Assembly (NCBI GenBank): GCA_051362555.1
Contig: CM120642.1
Span: forward strand, 2,232,001-2,296,000
Source of the DNA: Lingula anatina
Lineage: Eukaryota > Animalia > Brachiopoda
Length of the DNA: 64,000 nucleotides
Reading direction: 5' to 3'
Shown here: in pieces, positions 24,678 to 36,776 of the stretch
Numbering within the stretch: position 1 is the first letter of the stretch
How the letters are laid out: every line of letters starts with the position of its first letter
Notes under the pieces: generated by a model
What the model was told of the DNA's origin: nothing
Database searches by the model: none
What the model saw: only the letters and a program-made list of their open reading frames with translations
Made by a program: the position numbers and the translations under genes

Positions 24678-27600
24678 ATGGTCCACACGTGCAACATTTG
24701 CCAGAAAACGGTTCTCCTGAGGAAACATCTGATTCGCCATTAAGGTGTTGATCATGGTGTTAAAAACCACGAATGTGATGTCTGCGGGGTGAAATTTAGT
24801 CGTCTCGATCACCTTAAACAGCACAGAAAATGCCATTAAATGCCCAACTTTTGGAAAAGGATTTAAACTCAGAGGTAACATGCTTCGTCACATGCGCTTA
24901 CACTCGACCAGACTAGAACAACCGACCTTAAGATGCCCCGAGTGTGCCGAAGTATTTGCCACCCCACAGGACCGTCTAAACCACCAGGCTGAAGCTCATC
25001 CGCAACCGGGGCTCTCGAACAAAAGAAAAGCAGGTTCTCAACCCCACATCGTTAGTAAGAAAATTCAAGTGGGGTATGGCGCTGGGGCTATCCTTTCCCC
25101 TGATCCAGTCAGCATGCCTGAAGATCTTCTTCCTCCTGATACTGAACCTCTTGTACGCGACGCCTACATGCAACATTGGAGTAGCATCCGCACTCGATTC
25201 TCTAGGGGAAGCAAATTACAAGACTGGTACAACTTTCGGTTGACTTCGATTCACCCTGACGATCTTCGAGAAGGGTTAGCTGCCGTGTTTAAAGACCAAA
25301 AGACTGTCTTTAAGCTGAATGTGTCTTACGGATTTTTTTAAAGAAACAACGAGACACGGGAAATACGGTATTATCACCCCAGCAGCAACAATCACTGTTT
25401 CCTTGAAGAACCGTATTTGATCCAAAACAAAGACGATCTAGACGGCTTTTTCGAGCGTATTACTGTCAGGGATATTTTGGAGTGCGCCCGGCAGGAGAGA
25501 CCCAACTCCAGATGGATAGTAGAGATGATCACTAACGTTACGTTCTACGTGACCAAGCTAGTAGGTCATCCGATCGGCAGCGCTGGCCTTCTACCGAACT
25601 TTATCTCCAACAACAAGGGTTTGGTCGCACTTCAAGGAGATAAGAATGGTTGTTATAAAGACAATTTGTGCGTTTTCCGCTGCTTATCCTTGCACAGGGG
25701 GTGGCCTGTATTTCAACTAGAAAAAACCACTAAACAACTTTTTGAAAAATACAGAGCTGAGACCAGGTGCAAGATAAAAGGATTTGAGGGTGTGTCGCTC
25801 AACCAACTGGAGCGAGTTGAAAAGCTGTTCGAAGTCAACATAACGGTATACGAGCTGCAGGAAACAGAAGACGGTGCGACTTTTGCTGAACTTGTGCGTC
25901 GATCGCTGAGTGCGAACAAGGAAACCATGTCGCTTAATGTGTATGAAAATCACTTTTCGTACATACGTGACATGGGGAAATACACTCAGTCTTTTTGCTG
26001 CTCAAAATGCAACAAAATGTTCAAGCACAAAGGTAACCTACATGCTCACGAACGGACATGTGAAGCTATTGTCGAGCACCGCTTCCCTGGAAAAGCTTAC
26101 ACACCCCAACAGACAATATTTGAACAGTTGGAAGATGAAGGCATCGTGGTCCCCGAAAAAGACAGATATTACCCATACAAGGCAACCTTCGATATTGAGT
26201 GTCTGTTGCCGAAACATCAGCAGCCTGGTCGCAGCAAAAAACTTCACTTGGAAAACGAACACCAGTTTTTGAGTGTGAGTGTGTGTAGCAATGTACCCGG
26301 GTACACCAAACCTGAGTGCATTATTTCCAATGATGAGCCATTGCTAGCTGTGCAACGGTTCATTGATACGTTACAAGACATAAGCCGCGCAGCCGAAACT
26401 ATTCAAAGACAAAAGTTTACTAGGGTGTTTGAAACTCTAGATGAAAAAATAGAAAAAGACTTGGAAAAGAGATCAGAAAATGAAAACAGCGAGGACGAGG
26501 GAGAGGATGAAAACGAGTTGAAAAACAAACATTATTTATCAAAACTTAGTGGTAAATTTAGCAATTATTTAAAGGAGTTACCCGTTTTAGGGTTTAATAG
26601 TGGACACTATGACTTGAATGCCATAAAGACGTTGTTTTTCCCGCTTTTGTTAAATTCGGAAAAAATACGCTTTGTTGTAAAGCGGAACAATAACTTCATG
26701 GTGCTCAAGTCGGATAGGTTAAAAATCTTAGATATTAGAAATTTCTTAGCTCCAGGGTTTAGTTATAGTCAATTTTTAAAGGCATTCGAGTGCCAAGAAT
26801 CCAAGGGGTTCTTTCCTTATGAATGGATGGACTCCCTAGACAAACTTGAGTGTGCAAGTCTCCCTCCACGCGAAGCGTTTTTCTCACAGTTGAAACAAAA
26901 TGACATAAGTGAGGAGGATTATGCATTGTGTCAACGCGTTTGGCATGAAAACCACATGCAAACAATGCGCGACTTTCTCACCTGGTATAACAACAAAGAC
27001 GTTGAGCCGATGTTGGAAGCAGTGGCTAAAATGTTCGCCTTCTACCTTGAGAGGGGTATAGATATGTTTAAAGATGGTATTATAGTGTACCAGGTTTGAC
27101 ATTGAAATACCTCTTTCAAAACGTAGGAGACGCTTATTTCACTCTTTGTGATGACAAAAACAGCGATCTCCACTACCTCCTGAAAAATGCCATCGTGGGC
27201 GGTCCCAGTATTATATTCCATCGTCACCACGAGAAGGATAAAACCTTCATCAGAAAAGCCACTCTAGATGCACCAAAGCTCTGCAAGAAAATCATTGGCT
27301 ACGATGCTAATGCTCTTAACTTGTGGTGCTTGATGCAGCCTATGCCCGCGGGGCCGTTCATACGTAGACATGAAGTGACTGGGTATAAACGTGAATATTC
27401 CCATCCACGTGGGAGAGAGGCCACGATGTGGTTAGACTGGGTCGCCCATTCAGATGGTGTAAACATCCGACATCAGTGCAACGGCACTGAAAAACGCATA
27501 GGCTACCTCCCCCGACTACCTGTCGATGGATTTTGTCGAAAAACAAAGACTGTGTATCAATACCACGGGTGTTATTTTCACGGCCACCGTTGCCACCTTA

Positions 27601-28997
27601 ATCAAAACAAAGATGGCACCTATAAAGTTATGAATGATACCAAAAAGGTTTCTATGTCCTCACTGCGAATCCAAACAGACAAAAATAGTGAATACATTCG
27701 AGAACAAGGGTATATTCTGGTTGAAATGTGGGAGTGTGAATGGAAAAGACTTCAACGGGACAACGTTAAAGTAAATGAATTTGTAAAACAATACACTCCC
27801 AACTGAGAACAAATATCAACTCAAATTCGACGATATTTTAGACGCCGTTCGAAATGATAAGTTGTTTGGGTTCGTTGAGTGTGATATAGAAGTCCCCTCT
27901 GAACTCAGACCCATGTTTGCCGAAATGCCTCCCATTTTCAAAAACACCACGATTACCCGAGACGACATTGGGTCATACATGGGAAATTTTGCCCAGGAAA
28001 ATAATATCATGCGCACCCCTAGAAAATCGTTGATCGCTAGTTTCTTTGGAGAAAAAATCGTTTTGGCCACACCCCTTCTTAAATGGTATCTGACCCACGG
28101 TCTTCGTGTCTCCCTAATCTATCAGGTTGTCGAGTACACACCTAAAGCCTGCTTCGAGCATTTTGGAAATGTCGTGAGTGATGCTCGTAGAGAGGGGGAC
28201 AAAGATAAAACAAAGGCCATCGTTGCCGATACCATGAAGCTCATTGGTAATTCGGGGTACGGTAAAACAGTAACCAATAAAGAAAAACACAGCGATGTGC
28301 AATATTGCGGTGAAGCTAAGGCCTCTAGAAAGATCAACGACCCCAGGTTTCGGCGTTTAGATCAAATTGCTGAAAGCACATACGAGATCGAACTAAACAA
28401 AAAAGTCGTCAAATACGACTTACCCATTCAAATCGGGATCATGGTGTATCAGTATGCCAAGCTGCGCATGCTAGAATTTTATTACGATTTCATGCTGAAG
28501 TTTGTGGATCCGTCCGATTTCCAGTATTGTGAAATGGACACGGATTCCATTACATTGCCTTTTCGGCGGACAGTTTAGAAGACGTTGTAAAACCTGGTAT
28601 GCGTGAGCAGTATGAAAAAGAAAAACATCTTTGGTTTCCTCGCACTGATACGCCAGAGCACGAGGCCTTTGACAAAAGAACGCCTGGATTGTTCAAAGCC
28701 GAGTGGATTGGTGACGGTATCGTTGGTCTTTGCAGTAAGACTTACTACTGTTACGGAGAAGAGACAAAATCCAAGTTCAGCTGCAAGGGTGTAAATAGGA
28801 CTTGCAATACTATAGATAAAACAAAATATTTAGACGTCTTATTAAACAGAAAGAGTGGTAGTGGTATAAACAGGGGCATCAGGTTATTCAATAACACAAT
28901 GTATTCTTACGTGCAGAGGCGGGACGCCTTTACCTATTTCTATTGCAAACGTAAAGTTTTAGAAGACGGTGTGTCTACTGCACCTTTAGACATTTAA
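24678..28997 (+). pseudogene. polB: Protein-primed family B DNA polymerase (Maverick pPolB), disrupted, ~1,440 codons
   Basis: Exo motifs DIE, GFNSGHYD, YNNKD; pol motifs YDANAL, KLIGNSGYGK, YCEMDTDS; VSR-like insert VDGF..YHGCYFHG..MWECEW; DNLC..HFSYI vOTU-like region; N-terminal C2H2 fingers. Stops at 24741 and 25339; frameshifts at ~24830, ~27085, ~27810 and ~28548. Confidence 0.93.
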
Positions 28998-28999
28998 TT

Positions 29000-29960
29000 A
29001 TACTTTTCATTTTTACATTAAAAACAATGGTGTTTCATCTGCAGGAGAAAAAATACTCAGATTCTTAAAGACAAGGTGAAAAAAACCTGCAAGGTTTAGC
29101 TTTGAATCGCTAAAATTCTGTAAAAGTTTACTTGAAAGAAAAAAAATATTCAGATTTTTAAAGACGAAGAGAAAAAATACTGCAATGTTTAACCTTGAAA
29201 AGGTAAAATACTGTAGAATTTTTAGTTGAAAGAGAAAAACTCAGATTTTTAACGAAGAGAATACTATCATACAAATACTGTTAAAAATGCTTTGGATTTT
29301 GTCACCAAAACGCCTTGTGCTTAACAGATTATGTACACTTACAACGTGCAATACTGTTTTATTTGTTGTACAAACTAAGGTGATCATTTAGAAATAAAGG
29401 GAAAGCTTCATATGGATCAAAATAATATTCAATGCGGCTGTGCATATAAACCACTACAACAGTTGCTTGACCAGCAAACAATACTGCTTTACTATAACAC
29501 TGCCTGGCTCATAGTGTCATTCATTTAACGCTATCGTTCAAATACAGTTTACTTCAATAAAATGGGAGGTTTTAATCTATTAAGTGTTTGCGAACCACAC
29601 ACTCTCACAATACTGTAAGTATTTGGCTTGCATACTGCTCTCTTTGTGCATTACAATAGTCTCACCTGACTGTTAGCGGATCCTTGTTTGTTTACTATGC
29701 GCCGCGTTCAACTGAACCGCAAACAATGCCACCTCTCTTTTTTAGATCAATAATAACAAATGCGGGTCTTTTTTGTTCATCCAGTACAATGAAATACTAA
29801 AACAATCATCTATCCTTATGTATACACACTTGATTTTGCCAATATAACTTTTTTTCATAAAATAAAAAAAAAAAAAAGAAAATAAGAAAAACAATCATTT
29901 AGAGGGCCCTATCAGGGCCCTATCCTTTTTAAGAACTGTCCGGGTTTTTCTTATACTACT
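29000..29960 (-). repeat. Right TIR of the Maverick
   Basis: Begins 3 nt after the pPolB stop codon and is an inverted copy of 20521-21475. Confidence 0.95.
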
Positions 29961-30678
29961 CACCTAGAAAACACTATATATCTGTACATAACAGCTCTGT
30001 CAGGATACACCTAGAAAACATTATATTTCTGTACATATCAGCTCTGTCAGGATACACCTAGAAAACATTATATTTCTGTACATAACAGCTCTGTCAGAAT
30101 ACACCTAGAAAACATTATATTTCTGTACATAACAGCTCTGCCAGGATACACCTAGAAAACATTATATTTCTGTACATAACAGCTCTGTCAGGATACACTT
30201 AGAAAACATTATATTTCTGTACATTACAGCTCTGTCAGGATACACCTAGAAAACATAATATTTCTGTACATAACAGCTCTGTCAGGATACACTTAGAAAA
30301 CAATATATTTCTGTACATTACAGCTGTGTCAGGATACACCTAGAAAACATAACATATCTGTACATAACAGCTCTGTCAGGATATACCTAGAAAATATTAC
30401 ATATCTGTACATAACAGCTCTGTCAGGATACACCTAGAAAATATTACATATCTGTACATAACAGCTGTGTCAGGATATACCTAGAAAATATTACATATCT
30501 GTACATAACAGCTGTGTCAGGATATACCTAGAAAATATTACATATCTGTACATAACAGCTCTGTCAGGATACACCTAGAAAACATTACATATCTGTACAT
30601 AACAGCTGTGTCAGGATATACCTAGAAAATATTACATATCTGTACATAACAGCTCTGCCAGGGTATACCTAGAAAATA
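29961..30678. repeat. 47-bp satellite, right arm (~15 units)
   Basis: Same unit as 20034-20520, resuming in register after the TSD. Confidence 0.95.
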
Positions 30679-31144
30679 GATTGGTATATTGCCTGTTTAT
30701 TTTGGTATACTGTAGTAACTGTATGTGATTACCTGCATTTACTGGGGTACATATAAATACACAAATTCTATAAACAAAATTTTATATTAAGAAAGTAAGC
30801 CATAAAACTTTTTAAATAAATGTACTAATATGGTTACATATACTAGTACTCAGAGCAATAATGAAACCCGAGAGCAGGCTAAGTAGAAAACTCTCTTACA
30901 TGTATTTACAAAGTTCAAAATCAGCATGGACATTGTGTCAGCCTAAATAAGAAGTTCCAAAGGCCTTGCTTTTTGTCATGAACTTAATGATGAAATCTAC
31001 TTTTATACTTGCGCTATGGGCAGGGTGTTTTTTTTTCTCCCATGGTGGCTTGTAAGATACCTGTAATTTGTGTATTTTTTAAAAAACAAAGAAAAGGGTT
31101 CACTTGTCAATCACAGACAGCTGAAATCTTTTGTATTCACATAC

Positions 31145-31205
31145 CTGGTCTTCAGAAGGAATAATGTCTGGACAATCATGTACAACACACTTCTGCGGGC
31201 CACTA
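31145..31205 (-). CDS. TRAF2-like protein, coding exon 2
   Basis: tttttgcag|T AGT GGC...CAG|gtatgt, 61 nt, (S)SGPQKCVVHDCPDIIPSEDQ. Compare TRAF2 SSGPQNC. The phase fits exons 1 and 3. Confidence 0.85.
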
Positions 31206-32709
31206 CTGCAAAAATAAATAAAAAACAGAAAATAATAAGGCACAAAATAATGTCAATTCTAATGCAATAATACACTATGGTTTAATGCAAAGTCATTAAA
31301 TTTTAATTATGCACAACAGGTAATGCTGATAAAACTAAATGCATAAGGCTTCAGGCCCAGGAGACTTTTACATTTAGAAAATGCCAGAATGAGAAAAATA
31401 AAAATTTCACAAAAAAAAGTATTATTTCAATGAAAAATGATAATCCAATAGAACTGGTTTTCTTATTTGAGCTGTATGTCAATCCTAAGAATCATTCTTT
31501 TAAGTTAAAAAAATAACTTATAAGTAACACAGTTTTCTTTTTATCATAATGTTGATTGCGATGACAGTGCAAGAAGTACAGTATATAGGCTTTTCGTGAG
31601 TTTTGATGCAATATTACATAATGATTAACAGTATAATTAACACCAATTTTCAATTATCTTCTATTAATTTCATGGATATTTAGAAAATTTGATTACCAAT
31701 GGGCTTCAAGCCAATGGGAGTTACAATTGAAAATGCCAATTTGTGAAAGATAGCAATTTCACAAAAATGTAAAACAGAAAAAGAAGCCAATTATTAGACT
31801 GCTTTTCCAACTCAGGCTGCATTTTAGTCCTGTATTTCTTAAATTTCCTGTGAGTTTAAGAAGAGTAAGTGACAAGGTTTTTCTTTAATGGTCACTATAT
31901 GGAGGCAGTGCTCAAAATAAGGGCTTCATGCAGTTTTGATACAATATTCCGTACATAATGCTTAACATTTTCGCATGTAAAGGGTTTCCCTCCTGAGCCT
32001 ATGCATGCATCTTTTAGATGCCCCTTCACATGCAAAAATGACATGCACCATGTCTATTTCCAATGTTATTAAGCCCTATAGCCGCAGTCTCGCATGACAA
32101 TCGTACATTTATCATTATGAGAGCCAGCAAGTTACGCGATAAGCATGCATGGCTATGTCAATGTCATGTTTTATAAGATGCACAGTGTGTGTCTGGTCAA
32201 TTTTGCTTCTATGGGTCTCTGAATGACGGACAGGACGTGACCATGTGAATTTCGAGTTTTAAATCTTAGCCATCTGAAGCTAAAAAATCTACAGTAAGAG
32301 ATAAATGCGACATGGGTCGTGTCTGTTTTGCATCTCTTACTATACTGTAGTTAAAGATGTGTGCAGTATGGGCCTTGTCAATTCCGCTGCTATATAGGGC
32401 TTAATAACATACGAAATAGACACGGTGCATGTCGTTTATGCATGTAAATAGGCGTCGATCTACAAGACGCATGGGTAGGCTCCTGTGGGCCACGATAGCA
32501 TCCAGCATGGCTGCAGTTTGTTTTGATGACAATTAAGGGCTGCAATAGGTCAATCGTTCCATTTCTATTCATTTCTACCTTTTAAAGGACCGAAGTCCTA
32601 TTCCGCTTTCCACTCTATTTTCTTTCGAATGATCGTATTCTGTGTTTAATAGTGCCCAGAGTCTTTTTCTCTAGTGTATTGGAAAGTGATAATATGACTG
32701 ATGATTTAC

Positions 32710-32858
32710 CTGACATGTTCCTGTAGGCATCCGCTGCACAGACGGTGTCCACAGACAGTTTGTCGTGGCTTCCTTAACAACAGATTACACTTCACACAAA
32801 GCAGGTGCGACGGTAATTCGGCATCGGGATCTTTAAGGTTGACTTTGTATCCCTTCAT
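32710..32858 (-). CDS. TRAF2-like protein, first coding exon (RING finger)
   Basis: aaaATG MKGYKVNLKDPDAELPSHLLCVKCNLLLRKPRQTVCGHRLCSGCLQEHV AG|gtaaat, a TRAF-type C3HC4 RING. Orthology within the TRAF family is not established. Confidence 0.88.
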
Positions 32859-33699
32859 TTTGCATGCAAGGAAGAACTATTTCTTTGTAGATATATGTTA
32901 TAACAACTTATAATTACAAGTAACCTCAAAAAGCACCGTCAACTTTGGATGCTTAAACGAGAGCACAACATTGTGCCGCATGCAATAACTTGTTTTAAAT
33001 AGAAAAGCAACGTTTATTTCTTAAAAGTGAAAGAAACTTACTATAAAGCACATCTTGAGATACACAGATGCAATCTTTAAAGGTACGATTTATTGAAATA
33101 GGCAATAAATGTAATTTATTGAAATAGGCAATAAATGTAACGACAACTGTGAAGTACCATTTTCCTTTAACGTTTCCTTTGACCTTTTTCATATGGATAC
33201 TGCCTCGCTTTAGGAGAAACCTGCAATCCAGGTCAGAAACGGCAAATCAGGACACAGGCAAATCAGGACAGTTGTAAATAGATGGCGCAGCAGTAGAATA
33301 TTGAGGACATTGTGCTTTTCGGTTCAAAGATGAAAGATCGCCTTTGTCGGGGTCAACAGTTGCATTATTATTGATTTAATCTATTTACATTTTTCTTTTT
33401 TACCTATACACAGTTTGGAAATATTTTTTCTCCTTGTTTATATCGGCTTATATAGATATTATAAAGATATAAATAAAAGTGGTTTTGGAAATAGAAATGT
33501 TATCTTGTAGTCTATTGAACTTTTGCAAGGGTTTAGATCTATAAATATGTGTGTTCAGGCTCTATTTAAATAAAAGAGAAAAATAACATAAAATAATTTA
33601 TCAGGGTTTCATTTGTTTTGTTGATATCAAATAAGAATTTAAAAAAAAAGTGATGGTAAATATTTATTTATTATCCTCTTTCCCTCTCTTCAAGCTCTG

Positions 33700-34430
33700 A
33701 GTAATCATTGTAAAATATAAAAAAAAAGAAAGTAACAATAATATTAACGTAAAAGATATACTGTCCCGATTTGCCGTTTTCTCACAAATGTAACTGATAC
33801 CGCATGAGTGAAGAAGTCATTAGGGAAAGGGAAAGCAGGAGTTGAAAAGCATTCAACCCCTCCCCTTCTTGCTTCTTCCCACGTCCCTCTCTCACACACA
33901 CACTTTTTCTCTCTGATCTTTCAATATGTTATTCTGATTTAATTCCTTTACTTATTTATTTTAATTTCTATACAAGATTCTACATTTTAAAACGGACAAT
34001 AAAAGATGTGGGTAATTTAACAGATACTCTGTATGTCTAGGAGACAATTGTTTTTTTACAAATCATTGTCAAATGCGGAAAAAAGTGACAAAAATATTAA
34101 AGTAAAAGGTTCACTGTCCCGATTTGCCGTTTTCTCCTAAATGTAACTGATACCGCAGAGTTGCAAGGTATTTAAGCCCCCCTCCTGCTTTTTCCCCACA
34201 TCTCTCTCTCTCTCTCACACACACTTTTTCTCTCTCTTCAATATGTTTTCTGCTTTAATTCCTTTACTTGTTTTTTTTTAAATTTCTATACAAGATTCTA
34301 CATTTTAAAACGGAAAATAAAAGATGTGGGACATTTAACAGATACACTGTATCAATCTGTATGTCTAGGAGACAATTTTTTTGTTACAGATCATTGTAAA
34401 ATATGAAAAAAAAGAAAGTAATAATATTAA
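33700..34430. repeat. ~350-bp tandem duplication in a repeat end
   Basis: CTGTCCCGATTTGCCGTTTTCTC... occurs at 33761 and 34114, with an inverted match at ~33235-33270. Confidence 0.7.
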
Positions 34431-36776
34431 TAGTCTAGATGATTGGTGCAAAAATTGCTCAAAAGGTGGAAAAATCATGAAACTCAATTGGCACAAATGT
34501 TCTTCGGACTATGCTGATCATTTTCAAGGGCAGTGCCCAAAATTGCAAAGCGTTGCTTAGCAACCTTTGCTAAGGAAGTGATTTACCTTAGAAACAAGCT
34601 AATTGGACCTTTCTTGTCCAATTTAAAATATTTAGAAAGGCTTTTTATAATGTCTCAAGCCATCAGAACTATCACTATACTATTATACCGGTTTATTGTA
34701 CCGGTCTGATATACCGGTTTATTCAGGATCCGTAGGTGCCGCGTCTGGTAGTTGGGTAGGCCTGAAATATTATTTGTGTAAAATAAACCATTTTATATAT
34801 ATTTCAATCGAACATGAAAAATTATTACTTATTCTTCCCCAACTTTATTGCTAGCAAACGATATATACGGTCTATATGAAGGTGTTTACGACATATCCTA
34901 CCTACTGTCGATATTTGGTTTCATCTAGGACAGACCTTTTTTTAATTCTTCAAAATGCCCCCCCCCCCCCCCCATGTTACGGGCGTGACAAATCAGTCAG
35001 CAAGGGCAAGACTGCTAAATAAGCACAAATTATATGTCTATAAGCACTATTATCGTCATCGGGGACAAAGGAAATGCCAGATACGTCTCGCTTCCAGAAT
35101 AAATATTCAATTAATTGTTTATTCCTCATTGACAAGAGCTATTGAAAGGACAACAATTGACAAAGGGCCGAGGCATCTATTTCACTGGCTTGAAAATTTA
35201 CCAAGTCTTGCCGACAATGTGGTCGAATAATCGGAACAAGAAAAAAATTCTGTCGCATGATTTTCATGTTTGGACTAAATGTTTGAGCCCAGAAAAATTA
35301 ATTTCATAATATAATTTTTTGGACCTGTCGAAATGCTTGGCACATTACCGTATTTTCTTCATAAAGAAGTCTTTTAAGCTATGGGAATTTTAGGGCCTTG
35401 GTAAAATTTCATTTGCGGTACCTTTTACAGTCCATTTTTGTCTCTTTTTCCATTCCTGATAAAGTTAAGTATGATGTGGATAGTTTTAAGTATGGAGGGA
35501 GGTGGCGGGGCTGGCAGGAGAGTTTATATATATGCATTAAGATGAGAAATACTAAATTTTAATCCAACTGTTGTCTTTTCTATTACTGAAAGGTCTCTCA
35601 GAGAGACCAGAGTTTAAAGATATTTCCCATTTTTTTCAATATTTTCTAAAAAGTTTTTTCACATTGTTTTTATCAATTTCTATTCTCTACCTAAGTAAGT
35701 ACACTGTACACTAAGCGTTTATTGGTCTAACTTGACAATGATTGCTATCTGAAACAGAAGAGTAAATTACATAAGTCTACATAAATAGTAATCCTATATC
35801 TCCCCCCCCCCCCAAGTCTTTAGGTTCACTGCTAACCAAAGTCAGTAGAAAGACTGAAATGTTTCAATGGTCTATGAGAGGTCACTAGTGTGAGAAAACT
35901 ACAAAGTAATAGGAGCAACAGTTAAACTGAATATGCAAACGATAACAGGAACAGCAAACATTGGCGTGCAACTACACAGGAGTTAAAATGTTTATGACAG
36001 TTCATAGTCTTTTTGCCATGCTGGGGGTCGAGCGATACGAGTGGAGCGTCTAGGTTGGTCCATGGTAAGAGGCTGGGACATTCCAGATTGACTATCCACT
36101 GTCCTGGGGCGTGGAGTGGTGCAAACACGTGTGCTATCACTGACTGACCTAGGTGGAGTTGCATTTCCCAAAGGTAGAAGGCGGCGATTTGGGGTGACGG
36201 CCCCTTTGGATGGCGTATCTGTGGCGGGTGAAGGTGTGTTGAACAGTTGAGGTATGGGCGGTGCAGTCAGTGATGGTGGGATTTCACACTGCGTTTGTGT
36301 GTCATGAGAGTGGGGGTAGCCTTGGCCTTAGGTGTTGCAGGTAGGCCAGGGATTTCTCTCCTGTGTTCCTCCTGATCAGCGGCAACTTAGGCAGGTGGTG
36401 TTGGAAGAGAGCCAGAGATTTCCTTCCTTGTCTCCTGATCAGATGCAAGTTTGGCAGGTTTGGTGGGGTAGTGTGTGGCAGTTGAAGATCACAGTCTATG
36501 GTCTGGATTGGTGTGGGTTAATTGCAGGACAGTAGTGTAACGCCGGAGGAATTTCCTGTTCCGTAATGTTACTTATCCCGAGCCATCTCCTCTCACAACA
36601 TATTGATCGAACTGCCGTACTTCAACCACGGTCCCAATCTTGTCCCATTTCAGGGGGTCAGGGCCTGTCTGGTTCTGGATGGGGACACGATCCCCTACTG
36701 AAAAGGTACAAGTCTCTTGGTGTGCTCCGTAAGTCATTCTTCCATCTTCATATGGCGATTTCCCTAGCCTTAAGAG

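Larger units (their letters stand above)
20521..29960 (+). mobile_element. Maverick/Polinton-type element, 9,440 bp, capsid-less reduced form
   Basis: 5'-AGTAGT...ACTACT-3' termini, ~955-bp near-identical TIRs, perfect 6-bp TSD CACCTA (20515-20, 29961-66), pPolB and a retroviral-type integrase remnant. Confidence 0.95.

Noticed and set aside
25713-28337. Antisense and alternative-frame ORFs over pPolB
   Set aside because: Short shadow ORFs typical of a GC-richer coding region.
20034-30678. 47-bp repeats as a CRISPR array
   Set aside because: Head-to-tail units with no unique spacers, no cas genes, and a eukaryotic context.
33020-33035. IRF-like AAAAGTGAAA site upstream of TRAF
   Set aside because: A single short A-rich motif expected by chance in this composition, and the TSS is unknown.
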